From contig JAYSFT010000003.1 of NCBI GenBank assembly GCA_041913245.1, positions 2,181 to 66,180 on the forward strand: 64,000 bases of DNA, read 5' to 3'. Under the pieces are notes generated by a model. That model worked only from the letters and a program-made list of their open reading frames with translations. It had not been told where the DNA came from and did no database searches. A program made the translations under genes and the position numbers. This stretch comes from Rhodospirillaceae bacterium (lineage in GTDB: Bacteria > Pseudomonadota > Alphaproteobacteria > Rhodospirillales > Rhodospirillaceae). Position 1 is the stretch's first letter. The number at the start of each line of letters is the position of its first letter. Positions 40,894-49,292 of the stretch are shown here, piece after piece.

Positions 40894-43149
40894 CTAGAAG
40901 TCGTAACGGGCCGAGAGCCAAACGAGATGGGCGGAATAGCGCGGCGACGTGATGCCCGAGCCGAGAATCTGCGGCACCGGCGCGGCGCCATAGCCGTATT
41001 GCCAGTCATTCGTGGTGTGATGCTGGAACATATAACCGACGCGCAACGTCGTATCGGCGCGCACTTTGTAGTCCCCTGTAAGGTTCACATTGTGCGTCAC
41101 ATCGCGCACGTCCGGGAGGGGAGCCGTGTTCATCACCAGCGCGAAATTCGATCCGATCGCGTTGAACCGGCTGGCGCCGTCGGAAACATAGTAGCCGGCG
41201 CCGACTTTCAGAAGCTGAGGGACTGCATCCCAATCGGCCTTGACGCCGACCGTGTGAATGACATCGCGGTTCGCCGTACTCCAGTTCTGGGCCGGATTGG
41301 AGAGATTGACCGTCCCCATCAGGTACCCGGTCAGATCAAACTTGATGCGCTCGAAGCTGTAGAAGGCCGTCGCCGTGAGCCGCTTGGCGAGCACGTAGGA
41401 CAAGTTGGCGTCGAGTTGCACGGATTCGGAGCGTTGCAGGCCCAGCGGCGAGTTCTTGTAGTCGTCCTCGGCATAGAGGCCGGCCGCATCGAGCATGAGC
41501 GCCGGGCCCAGTTCAACGGTGGCGCCGCCCTTCGCTTCATTGCGTTTGCGATCCGCCATATTGAATTTGCGCAGCAGCGGATGTTCGATGGATTGATTGA
41601 ACGGCGAGGCGTTCAAATAGCTTTCGGTGTGACTGAGATTCCACGGCAGCGTATCGTCGTAAATCGATCCGCTTCGGCTGGCGTAGGCGTAGGCGACCCA
41701 GGCGGAGCCGGCGGTGAATGTCGTCAGGAGCTTGGCTCTGAAGCTGTGCTCCGAAGTATCGGAAACCTGTTGATATTTCCGCGCGCGGAAGTCGCCGACA
41801 TAAGAAATCGTCAGGCGGGTGCGCGCGGCGAGGCGGACGCCGACATCGGTTTTCGCCTGCTGGAACGTAAAGCTGTGCGGAAGTTTGTAGCGGATATAGC
41901 GGCTGGCGCCCGGAACCAGCGGGCGGACCTGATCCTGGGCCTCGTTGGCGACGTAGCTATAAAGATCGATCGGCGAACGGTTGTCGCGGTCGTCGAGGGT
42001 ATAACCGGCCGAGACATCGACAGCCGAGGTGGGGCGCGCGGTGACGCCTAGAACGACATGCGCTTTGTACACCTTGCCGTCGAGCGAGGTGCGCGGCAGC
42101 GGTTCCGGCACGCTCAATTGCGTCATCGCGGTGTAGGGCAGGAATTCCTCGTCCTGCTTTTGCACCATGTAGGAGACGCGCGCCGTGACGCGCACCTTGG
42201 GCGAAAGGGCGTAGGCGCCGGAAATCAACGCCTGATGGGCGATGGATGACGGCGGCAAGCCATATTCACCGAAGGCATTGGGGTAACCCGACAGCGCGCC
42301 GCCGGGCCACAGGCCGCCGAGCGCGCGGTTATAGGGGTTCGGCACGCGCACAGACGCGATCCCGTTTGTGAAGACCGAAAGGTTGTAGCTGGCGGACCAT
42401 TGAAGGCGATCGCCCGTGAAAGCGAGCGACGCGCTGGCCTGGTCCGTCTGATAATCCACGGGCTGCGCGAAAAACACGCCGACGGCGGTGTTCATCTCGT
42501 GGCCGAAGGCGAGATTCTGCCCGCGCAACCCTTCCCGGTCACGGTGGCTTGCGCTCAAGCGAATTTCATAGCCTTCGCGCGGATTGACGACGATATCGCC
42601 GCCCGCGGCACGCCAATCGACCTTGAGGTCGAGAGGATGAAGGTTTTGCGCGAGGGCCGAGAAGCCGGCCGACGTATTGCTGCCCACCCAGGTGGAGGGC
42701 AGCGTCAGAAGCGTGCCGCCGCTTCCAATGAACGGCGTACGCGCGGAATTCGTGTAGGAGCGGGTAAAGCCGTCATAAAAGGCGCGGGCGCGCCAGCGTC
42801 CTTGCGTTCCGTAGCTCACCCGCGCCGAAATGGTATCGAAGCCGAAGACGTCGACCGCGGCATTCCAGTTCCGTGCGCCGCCCGAATCCCACGCGTCACC
42901 GCCGTCGAGCGCGCCGCGAAAGACCGCGAACGGTCCGCGTCCGATCGGGCCGCCATACCGTCCGACGTGGAAGGAGTTGATGTCCTGATACCCGACGCCG
43001 GCCTCGAAATAGCTCGTGGTGAGCGGCGGCGGCATGGTCACCACCGGGGTCGCGCCGAGTTCGAACGACCCGTCCTGCGCCCGCGCAGGGGTGACGGGCA
43101 GGACGAGACCGAGGAGCACGAGCCAGCGCTGGGGAACGGGAAATGCCAT
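40894..43149 (-). CDS. MtrB/PioB-family outer-membrane beta-barrel (porin of a porin-cytochrome conduit)
   Basis: Signal peptide MAFPVPQRWLVLLGLVLPVTPARAQDG. About 750 aa with alternating beta-strand patterns and a terminal ...LSARYDF. SYFEAGVGYQDINSFHVGRYGG and TPFIGSGGTLLTLPSTWV..NLHPLDLKV resemble MtrB/PioB N-terminal motifs as I recall them. It lies immediately downstream (8 nt) of a decahaem cytochrome gene. Confidence 0.7.
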   Translation of the reverse strand: MAFPVPQRWLVLLGLVLPVTPARAQDGSFELGATPVVTMPPPLTTSYFEAGVGYQDINSFHVGRYGGPIGRGPFAVFRGALDGGDAWDSGGARNWNAAVDVFGFDTISARVSYGTQGRWRARAFYDGFTRSYTNSARTPFIGSGGTLLTLPSTWVGSNTSAGFSALAQNLHPLDLKVDWRAAGGDIVVNPREGYEIRLSASHRDREGLRGQNLAFGHEMNTAVGVFFAQPVDYQTDQASASLAFTGDRLQWSASYNLSVFTNGIASVRVPNPYNRALGGLWPGGALSGYPNAFGEYGLPPSSIAHQALISGAYALSPKVRVTARVSYMVQKQDEEFLPYTAMTQLSVPEPLPRTSLDGKVYKAHVVLGVTARPTSAVDVSAGYTLDDRDNRSPIDLYSYVANEAQDQVRPLVPGASRYIRYKLPHSFTFQQAKTDVGVRLAARTRLTISYVGDFRARKYQQVSDTSEHSFRAKLLTTFTAGSAWVAYAYASRSGSIYDDTLPWNLSHTESYLNASPFNQSIEHPLLRKFNMADRKRNEAKGGATVELGPALMLDAAGLYAEDDYKNSPLGLQRSESVQLDANLSYVLAKRLTATAFYSFERIKFDLTGYLMGTVNLSNPAQNWSTANRDVIHTVGVKADWDAVPQLLKVGAGYYVSDGASRFNAIGSNFALVMNTAPLPDVRDVTHNVNLTGDYKVRADTTLRVGYMFQHHTTNDWQYGYGAAPVPQILGSGITSPRYSAHLVWLSARYDF

Positions 43150-43157
43150 GCCGCCGC

Positions 43158-44075
43158 CTACCGGGAAAGCCTGACGCCAGACGGATGGTTCGAGCCGTGC
43201 ACCGCGCTGTGGCAGTTCAGGCAAGCTCTGAGCACCATCTGCTTGGATGGCGACACGCCGCCGGGAAGGCTCGCGCCGCTGAAAGGCTGACTATTATGCG
43301 TGGAACTGTCGTGACAGTTCTGGCACAGGAACGGCGGGCGCTGCTTCAACAGGGACGCCTGGACCGTGCCGTGCGGCGTGTGGCAGATCGTGCACTGCTC
43401 CTGGACCGGCGCGTGTTCCCATAGGAACGGTCCGCGCTTTTCATCGTGGCAGGTCAGGCAGGTGTCGTTGACGGTCGCGCCGCGCAACATGGTTTGTGTC
43501 GGCGATCCATGCGGATTGTGGCAATCCGCGCAGGACATTCGCCCTTCGAGCACGGGATGATGCGAAGGCTTCAAGGCCGCCGCGCGTTTGTCCGCATGAC
43601 AGGAAAAGCAGATGGGCGCCTGCGTGGTTTTCACCAGCACGGGATCCTGCACGGTATGGGACTTGTGACAGTTCGTGCAGGCGATGTCCGAGGACTGATG
43701 CAAACTGCCCTGCCAGTGCACGGCCGTGCTGCCCTGATGGCATCCGGCGCAGGTTTCGTTGCGCTTTTCCACCGGGGACGCGCGCGGACCTGAAAACACC
43801 ACCGACGGCGGTGGGCGGACTTGTTCCCCGCGCAGGCGCGCAACGTGTTCGCGGCTATCGCCGTGACAAGACTGGCATCCCTGATCGGCGACACCGGTTC
43901 TCGCGTCCGCCTTCACCATGTGCGCGGCATGAAGGACCGAGGTGACCGCCAGCTGGTCGTGGCAATTCATGCATCCGCCAGGATCGGACGCGTTGCCGAG
44001 CGAGCGCTCTTCCTGCGAAGCCGCCGGCGCGGCGAACAAGACCACCGCCAGAAAGAGGGCGCGCGCCACGATCAT
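43158..44075 (-). CDS. Periplasmic decahaem c-type cytochrome, MtrA/MtoA/PioA/DmsE family
   Basis: 305 aa with a signal peptide. Exactly ten CXXCH motifs: CMNCH, CQSCH, CAGCH, CTNCH, CFSCH, CADCH, CLTCH, CTICH, CQNCH, CLNCH. Confidence 0.9.
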   Translation of the reverse strand: MIVARALFLAVVLFAAPAASQEERSLGNASDPGGCMNCHDQLAVTSVLHAAHMVKADARTGVADQGCQSCHGDSREHVARLRGEQVRPPPSVVFSGPRASPVEKRNETCAGCHQGSTAVHWQGSLHQSSDIACTNCHKSHTVQDPVLVKTTQAPICFSCHADKRAAALKPSHHPVLEGRMSCADCHNPHGSPTQTMLRGATVNDTCLTCHDEKRGPFLWEHAPVQEQCTICHTPHGTVQASLLKQRPPFLCQNCHDSSTHNSQPFSGASLPGGVSPSKQMVLRACLNCHSAVHGSNHPSGVRLSR

Positions 44076-44076
44076 G

Positions 44077-45009
44077 TCAGTTCCGCGCGGCGACGAAGTC
44101 CGCCTTCCCTGTATCGATGCTTAAGGTCTTTTCAAGCGAGACGTAATGGAAGCGCTGCGCCGCGTGGCCGGCATGCAGCGAAATGCCGATGGTATAATTT
44201 TTACCCGCCGCGAAGTCCTTATGCCCCTCGCCGGCCACCATCTTGCGGCTGAAGATGACGGTCCACTTCGTACCGCTCTCGGCGGCCTCGACGGCGACGG
44301 CCGGCGCGGCGTTCTCGGCGCGCTTTTCAAGGATCGTACCGTCCACGGCGACCGCGGGCTGCCCCGGATTGAGGCGCGCCTGCCAGTATTCGAGATAACC
44401 GCCTTCGGCGCGGATTCTATCGAGTTCCGAGGCCGGCTTGACCTCGGCCCCGCCCTTGCGGCTCAAGGAGACGCGCGAGCGCGACAGGTATTTCTGGGTC
44501 TCGCCGTTTCCGCCGCTCGGCATGCGCGTCAGATTGTCATGACAGGTGGCCCAGCAGCCCGCGCGCGCGGCCTCTGGCACTTTTCCATCATCGATCATCA
44601 CGGCGAGCTTGGTGGCGAAATCCTTGTCCATTCCCGCGTCCGGTTGCCGGCCGGGATCGACCTCGACACGGACATAGATATTCTGACCGTCGTGTGCCGC
44701 CTTCACGTTCGCCATGACGAAGCCCGGCTTCCCCGCGATCGGCGTGGGCTCGGTGCTTTTATCGTTCACAAGCAGCTTGCCCGAGGCCTTCTCCTCGCCC
44801 TCGTGACAGCCCGCGCAGTTCTTGCCTTCGCGGAATTTGCCGGCGCCGCTATGGTCGGATTGCGTCAGCAGCATCTCCCACGACATCTGCGCGGGATAAA
44901 AGAGAACGACGTCTTTGCCGCCCACTTTATTCCAATCGAGCGCCTGCGCTTCGAAAGAAAGAAAGAGCGCGGCGGAAGCGCATGCGAATTTCGAGATTCC
45001 GGATGACAT
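44077..45009 (-). CDS. Periplasmic c-type cytochrome with EB_dh/DOMON-like haem-binding domain
   Basis: Signal peptide MSSGISKFACASAALFLSFEAQA. One CXXCH (CAGCH) plus a CX3CH-like string (CWATCH). The overall pattern (..KLAVMIDDG.., ..YLEYWQARLNPG.., ..WTVIFSRKM.., ..IGISLHAGH...) recalls the cytochrome c-552/ethylbenzene dehydrogenase-like haem domain. Its stop is 1 nt from the decahaem gene start. Confidence 0.6.
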   Translation of the reverse strand: MSSGISKFACASAALFLSFEAQALDWNKVGGKDVVLFYPAQMSWEMLLTQSDHSGAGKFREGKNCAGCHEGEEKASGKLLVNDKSTEPTPIAGKPGFVMANVKAAHDGQNIYVRVEVDPGRQPDAGMDKDFATKLAVMIDDGKVPEAARAGCWATCHDNLTRMPSGGNGETQKYLSRSRVSLSRKGGAEVKPASELDRIRAEGGYLEYWQARLNPGQPAVAVDGTILEKRAENAAPAVAVEAAESGTKWTVIFSRKMVAGEGHKDFAAGKNYTIGISLHAGHAAQRFHYVSLEKTLSIDTGKADFVAARN

Positions 45010-45053
45010 CGGTTTCGTCCTCAGCCTATCGTTTGCGCGGGAGCGAGGGGCGC

Positions 45054-45635
45054 ATGAACACGGCAAACACTTCGGTCACAAGATACGGCGCCGCCGCCGT
45101 GGCGCTGCACTGGATCATCGCCGCCTGTTTGTTGGTTTCGGTGGTCCTGGGTTTGATCCTCGGCAACGTCGAGGAAAGCGAGTCCACGGAGCAGGCGCTC
45201 GCGATTCACAAGTCCTTCGGTATCGCGATCTTTGCCCTGATGCTTGCGCGCCTGGCCTGGCGCATGACACACCCGGCGCCGCCCCTGCCCGCGACCATGC
45301 CGGCGTACCAACGCGCGCTCGCCGCGCTCACACACGGACTGCTTTACGTCACGTTGCTGGCGATGCCCGTCGTCGGGTATGTCGCGGTCGCCGCGCGCGG
45401 CCGCGAAACCCGATTCTTCGGGTTGTTCGACGTGCCGCAGATGACACCGCTGAGCCGGATGCTGTCGCAGAACGCGACCACCGTTCACGTCTACGGTCAG
45501 TATGTGATTTACGCGCTGCTTATCGCGCATATCGGAGCCGCTCTCTACCATCATATTGTACTTAAGGATGACGTGCTGACGCGGATGCTGCCGCGCCGGT
45601 CCCCGGAGAAGAACGCGCCCCAGGCGACGGTCTGA
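45054..45635 (+). CDS. Cytochrome b561 family (CybB-like) inner-membrane dihaem protein
   Basis: RYGAAAVALHWIIAACLL, AIHKSFGIAIFALMLARLAWR, ALTHGLLYVTLLAMPVVGY and HVYGQYVIYALLIAHIGAALYHH show four TM helices with conserved His. Start at the internal ATG 45054. Confidence 0.85.
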   Translation: MNTANTSVTRYGAAAVALHWIIAACLLVSVVLGLILGNVEESESTEQALAIHKSFGIAIFALMLARLAWRMTHPAPPLPATMPAYQRALAALTHGLLYVTLLAMPVVGYVAVAARGRETRFFGLFDVPQMTPLSRMLSQNATTVHVYGQYVIYALLIAHIGAALYHHIVLKDDVLTRMLPRRSPEKNAPQATV

Positions 45636-45704
45636 CCGTCCCCGGGGCTTGCGCCCTGACGCCGCATCCGTGATCGCGCGGACGGGCGCCATGATGCTCG
45701 GGCC

Positions 45705-46676
45705 TTAGTAGGAGATCCCGCCGCCCGGCAAACCGCCACCGTCGCCGCTGCTCTGCGGCGCGTTGACCGCACAGGTACTCGTCATATTGATCGAGACGGA
45801 GACGGCATTGTTGACGATGGTCTGGCTGACGAGCGCGGCCGGCGGAGCGCCGGAGGGATCGGTCACGATCATGTTCACGCGGATCTGCTCGGCGGTCGGA
45901 TTGAAGCCGATCTGGCTTTCGATCTGCGACCACGGAATGGTGTAGGACGCATTGGCCTGCGTCGCGAAGTCCATGCCGCCCGGATTGAGCAGCGTTCCGG
46001 TCGCTTCGTCGCGCACGAAGAAGCGATAGGTCACGGCCGCGTTGGCGAAGTTGTGGATTTCGATCTGCGCCGGATATCCGGCCGACGCGAGACGCGACGT
46101 GTGGATGCTGGGCACCATGATCTGGTTGGAGGCCGCGCTGCTGACCTGCGCGAGGCTATACTTGCAAACCGAGGCGTTCTCGAAATATTTGGCCGTTTCG
46201 TTCAGCGTGACGTGCTGATAACCGGCAAGCGCTTGCGGGCTCTGGATATAGAACGAGAACTGCACGTCGGCGTTATCGCGCGTCACGGCATTCGCCGCGA
46301 CCAGGATCTGCGACATGGAGAGTTGCAGCGTTCCCGCCGTCGGGACGTTGTAGGTGGCGGTTCCGTAAGCGGTCGCGGTTCCCGAACCGACGACCGTCAC
46401 GGTGAAGGTCGCGGCGGTGCCGCCGGCATTCACAAGACGCAGATAAGACAGGAACGGCGGCGTCACGTAGAGCGGCGCGACAACGGCATAGAGATTGCCG
46501 TTCACCGCCTGGGTGCGTTCACGGCCCGGCGCTCCGGCCGCGGGAACCGCGCCTTCGAACTGGCCCACGAGGAATTTCGCGGAGTCCATCGTGGTCGCCG
46601 CCTGGTCGGCTGCAAGAGCCGTCACGCTCGCGCCAGCGCACAGCATAGCCGTGAGCATTTTCAGACCCGTACGCAT
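45705..46676 (-). CDS. Secreted protein with one A-B two-domain module (paralog 1)
   Basis: Signal peptide MRTGLKMLTAMLCAGASVTALAADQ. Domain A runs ...SYLRLVNAGG...LAGYQHVTLNETAKYFENASVC. Domain B runs ...AGYPAQIEIHNFAN...SINMTSTCAV. Confidence 0.7.
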   Translation of the reverse strand: MRTGLKMLTAMLCAGASVTALAADQAATTMDSAKFLVGQFEGAVPAAGAPGRERTQAVNGNLYAVVAPLYVTPPFLSYLRLVNAGGTAATFTVTVVGSGTATAYGTATYNVPTAGTLQLSMSQILVAANAVTRDNADVQFSFYIQSPQALAGYQHVTLNETAKYFENASVCKYSLAQVSSAASNQIMVPSIHTSRLASAGYPAQIEIHNFANAAVTYRFFVRDEATGTLLNPGGMDFATQANASYTIPWSQIESQIGFNPTAEQIRVNMIVTDPSGAPPAALVSQTIVNNAVSVSINMTSTCAVNAPQSSGDGGGLPGGGISY

Positions 46677-46737
46677 CTTATGGCCTCCCTAAAAATGGAA
46701 TCCCCTGGATCGCGGCGCAGTTGCCGCTCCCTTCAGA

Positions 46738-46763
46738 GACGCCCGGGAGGAACCGATTATTCC
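46738..46763 (-). promoter_or_regulatory. ECF-type promoter candidate GGAATAAT-N14-CGTCT upstream of paralog 1
   Basis: The minus strand reads CAGGAATAATCGGTTCCTCCCGGGCGTCT (GGAAT 46763-46759, N17, CGTC 46741-46738). It shares GGAATAATyGG and GCGTCT at identical spacing with the motif at 47865-47890. Confidence 0.45.
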
Positions 46764-46822
46764 TGTGCGGATCAAAAAAACAGCGCCCCTCCTGCGGTAC
46801 CTTCGTGTTTGCAAACATGCCG

Positions 46823-47770
46823 TTAGCGGCCGTCCCCGCCGAGACTAGGAGGTTGGTTCACCGCGCACATGGTCGTCACGTTCAGGGTCGCATTGAGGCG
46901 ATCATTGATGACCGTCTGGCCCAAGAGGACCGCGGGAGCCGCGCCGGAAACGTCGCTGACCACGACGTTGGCGTAGATCTGGCTGGACGTCGGATTCCAA
47001 TTGATCTGACGTTCAATGTCGGACCAGGGAATGGTGTAGGACGCATTCGCCCGGGTCGGGAAGTTCATTTCACCGACGACGTTTCCCGACGTCGATTCAA
47101 TGATGGTGAACCTGTAAGTCGCGGCTGCACTGGCGAAATTGTGAAGCTCTATGGCGCTCGGATAACCCTGCACGGCCAATTGCGACGTGTGGACATGCGT
47201 CAGAATGGCGCTGGGCGCCACGGCGCTGATGGCGTCCTGGATCGTCCACTTGCAGACCGACGCGTTCTGGAAAAAAGTCGCGTCGGGGCTGTGCGTGACA
47301 TGCTGATACCCGGCCAGCGGCTCCGTGCTTTGCAGATAGAACGAAAAATTCGTATCGGGGGCGCGAATGGTGGCGCTCGCGGCGACCAGCACCTGCGACA
47401 TCGAGTATTGGATCGAGGCGCGCGACGGGATTTGGAAGGTCGCGGTGCCGTAGTTCGTCCCGGTGGGCGAGCCCACGACCGTCACGGTAAATGCGGCCAT
47501 CGCGGCGCCGCCGTTGAAAAGCCGCAGGTAAGAATAAAATCCGCCCGTACCGATGTAGAGCGGCGCGACGACCGCATAGGCGGACCCATTGACCGCTTGG
47601 GCGCGCTCACGAGTCGGCGTGGCGGTCACGGCGGCAGGCGCCCGCCCGGTCTGAAATTGAAGCGCATCAAGAGCGGAAGATCCGGCCTTCGCGGGATCGG
47701 CGGCCAAAGCCTGAAAAGCCCCGCCGGCCAACAGCAAAAACGCCCCCAGGGTCCCTCGAACGGACATCAT
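46823..47770 (-). CDS. Secreted protein with one A-B two-domain module (paralog 2)
   Basis: Signal peptide MMSVRGTLGAFLLLAGGAFQALAADP. Domain A runs ...YSYLRLFNGGA...LAGYQHVTHSPDATFFQNASVC. Domain B runs ...QGYPSAIELHNFAS...LNVTTMCAV. Confidence 0.7.
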   Translation of the reverse strand: MMSVRGTLGAFLLLAGGAFQALAADPAKAGSSALDALQFQTGRAPAAVTATPTRERAQAVNGSAYAVVAPLYIGTGGFYSYLRLFNGGAAMAAFTVTVVGSPTGTNYGTATFQIPSRASIQYSMSQVLVAASATIRAPDTNFSFYLQSTEPLAGYQHVTHSPDATFFQNASVCKWTIQDAISAVAPSAILTHVHTSQLAVQGYPSAIELHNFASAAATYRFTIIESTSGNVVGEMNFPTRANASYTIPWSDIERQINWNPTSSQIYANVVVSDVSGAAPAVLLGQTVINDRLNATLNVTTMCAVNQPPSLGGDGR

Positions 47771-47864
47771 ATCAACCTGTTACCATGAGGCCCCGGCCCC
47801 TCAATCCCCGCATCGATCAAAGGCCTTCAATTGTGGACTGGCAAGGCAAAAATGGGAGAATCTT

Positions 47865-47890
47865 GGAATAATTGGGCTATCAAGCGCGTC
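47865..47890 (+). promoter_or_regulatory. ECF-type (autoregulatory?) promoter candidate GGAATAAT-N14-CGTCT upstream of the ECF sigma gene
   Basis: TTGGAATAATTGGGCTATCAAGCGCGTCTA (GGAAT 47865-47869, N17, CGTC 47887-47890). It lies about 135 nt upstream of GTG 48025. Confidence 0.45.
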
Positions 47891-48024
47891 TACGGGAGGC
47901 AAGGCTTGGTGTTGGACGCCATCGGCGCGCCGCTCAGAAAGGGTCTGGGGGCGCCAAAGGCGGCTGGGGCGATAGACGACCGTGGTTTTACCACCGCGCG
48001 ACTTGAGTTTGATTCGGGGGACGC

Positions 48025-48549
48025 GTGACGGCGAGCCATGAGGATGATTTTGCCCGGGCGCTGACGGCGCAACTGCCGGCGTTGCGACGGTATGCCACCG
48101 TCCTGGTGGGCAATACCGCCGCGGCTGACGATCTTGTGCAGGACTGTATCGAACGTGCGTTGCGCCAATGGACAAAGCTTGAGCATCTGGAACGGATCGG
48201 CGGGTGGCTGCGCTCCATCCTGCACAACCTCCATATCGACGGGCTGCGCCGGAGTCAGCGTCAAGGCATGACCGTGGACCTTGCCAACGCCGAAAACGAT
48301 TACGCCGTTGTCGCACCCGGACGCGATTCGGCGGCGGCCGTGGATTTCGACCGGGCGCTGCACCGCCTCAGCCTCGAGCACCGGCAGGTGCTTTTGCTGG
48401 TCGGGCTTGAGGGCCTTAACTACCGCGAAGTGGCCGAGGAGCTTGGGGTTCCCGTCGGCACGGTGATGTCGAGACTGGCGCGCGCGCGCGAGCGCCTGCG
48501 TTACGAGATGGAATTTCCGCCCACGTCGCATGTGAAACAAAAGTCATGA
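48025..48549 (+). CDS. ECF-family RNA polymerase sigma factor
   Basis: LPALRRYATVLVGNTAAADDLVQDCIERAL (region 2) and LEHRQVLLLVGLEGLNYREVAEELGVPVGTVMSRLARARERL (region 4). GTG start. A 4-nt overlap with the downstream anti-sigma gene indicates translational coupling. Confidence 0.85.
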   Translation: MTASHEDDFARALTAQLPALRRYATVLVGNTAAADDLVQDCIERALRQWTKLEHLERIGGWLRSILHNLHIDGLRRSQRQGMTVDLANAENDYAVVAPGRDSAAAVDFDRALHRLSLEHRQVLLLVGLEGLNYREVAEELGVPVGTVMSRLARARERLRYEMEFPPTSHVKQKS

Positions 48550-49289
48550 CCGAGCATATGCGACCGACAGAAGAAGAACTGCACGCGTTCATCGACGGCG
48601 AACTCGATGCCGCGCGGACCGCGGATATTGAAGCGGCGATTCACGCGGATGCCGAGATCGCGCGCCAGGTTCACGCTTACCGCGCGGATAAGGCGCGCCT
48701 GGCGCAGATCTACGCGCCGTTGCTCGAACGGCCGACGCCCGAGGAATGGCTGGCCAGGATCAACCGGCGGACCGTGGTTTCCCTGCCGGTCAAGACATCG
48801 CGCCGCGGCGTGATCGGCATGGCGATTGCCGCCAGTGTCGCGGCGGCGCTCGGCGCCACGATCGCCTATCGCCGATTCTCGGCGCAGGACGGCGAATCCT
48901 TGATCGCCGCCGCCTTGGCCGCACACACGATGGCGCGCGGCATCACCGCACAGCCCGTCCCGGACAATATGCTTGCGGAATTGGCCGGCGTTGCGATCAA
49001 GGCGCCGGATCTTTCAAAGATGGGGTTCTCGCTCGTCGGCATGCGCACGGTGGACGGACCCCGCGGCGGCGCGGCGGCCGTGCTGGCGTACCGCGATGCC
49101 GGCGAGCGGCTATTCACGCTCTATCTGAAACGTTCGCCGGGCACGCCGCAATTCGACATGATCAAGCGCGGCGATACCCGGATTTGCGTATGGCAGGACG
49201 ATGTCCTCAGCACGGTCATGCTGGCGGACGTGCCGGCGGCGGAAATGCTGCGGCTCGCCAGCCTCGCCTATTCGGGTCTTACGGCTTAG
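48546..49289 (+). CDS. Anti-sigma factor (single-pass membrane protein)
   Basis: The N-terminus EEELHAFIDGELDAARTADIEAAIHADAEIARQVHAYRADKARL is a typical anti-sigma N-domain. One TM segment (GVIGMAIAASVAAALGATIAY). It overlaps the sigma gene stop (ATGA). Confidence 0.7.
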   Translation: MTEHMRPTEEELHAFIDGELDAARTADIEAAIHADAEIARQVHAYRADKARLAQIYAPLLERPTPEEWLARINRRTVVSLPVKTSRRGVIGMAIAASVAAALGATIAYRRFSAQDGESLIAAALAAHTMARGITAQPVPDNMLAELAGVAIKAPDLSKMGFSLVGMRTVDGPRGGAAAVLAYRDAGERLFTLYLKRSPGTPQFDMIKRGDTRICVWQDDVLSTVMLADVPAAEMLRLASLAYSGLTA

Positions 49290-49292
49290 AAA

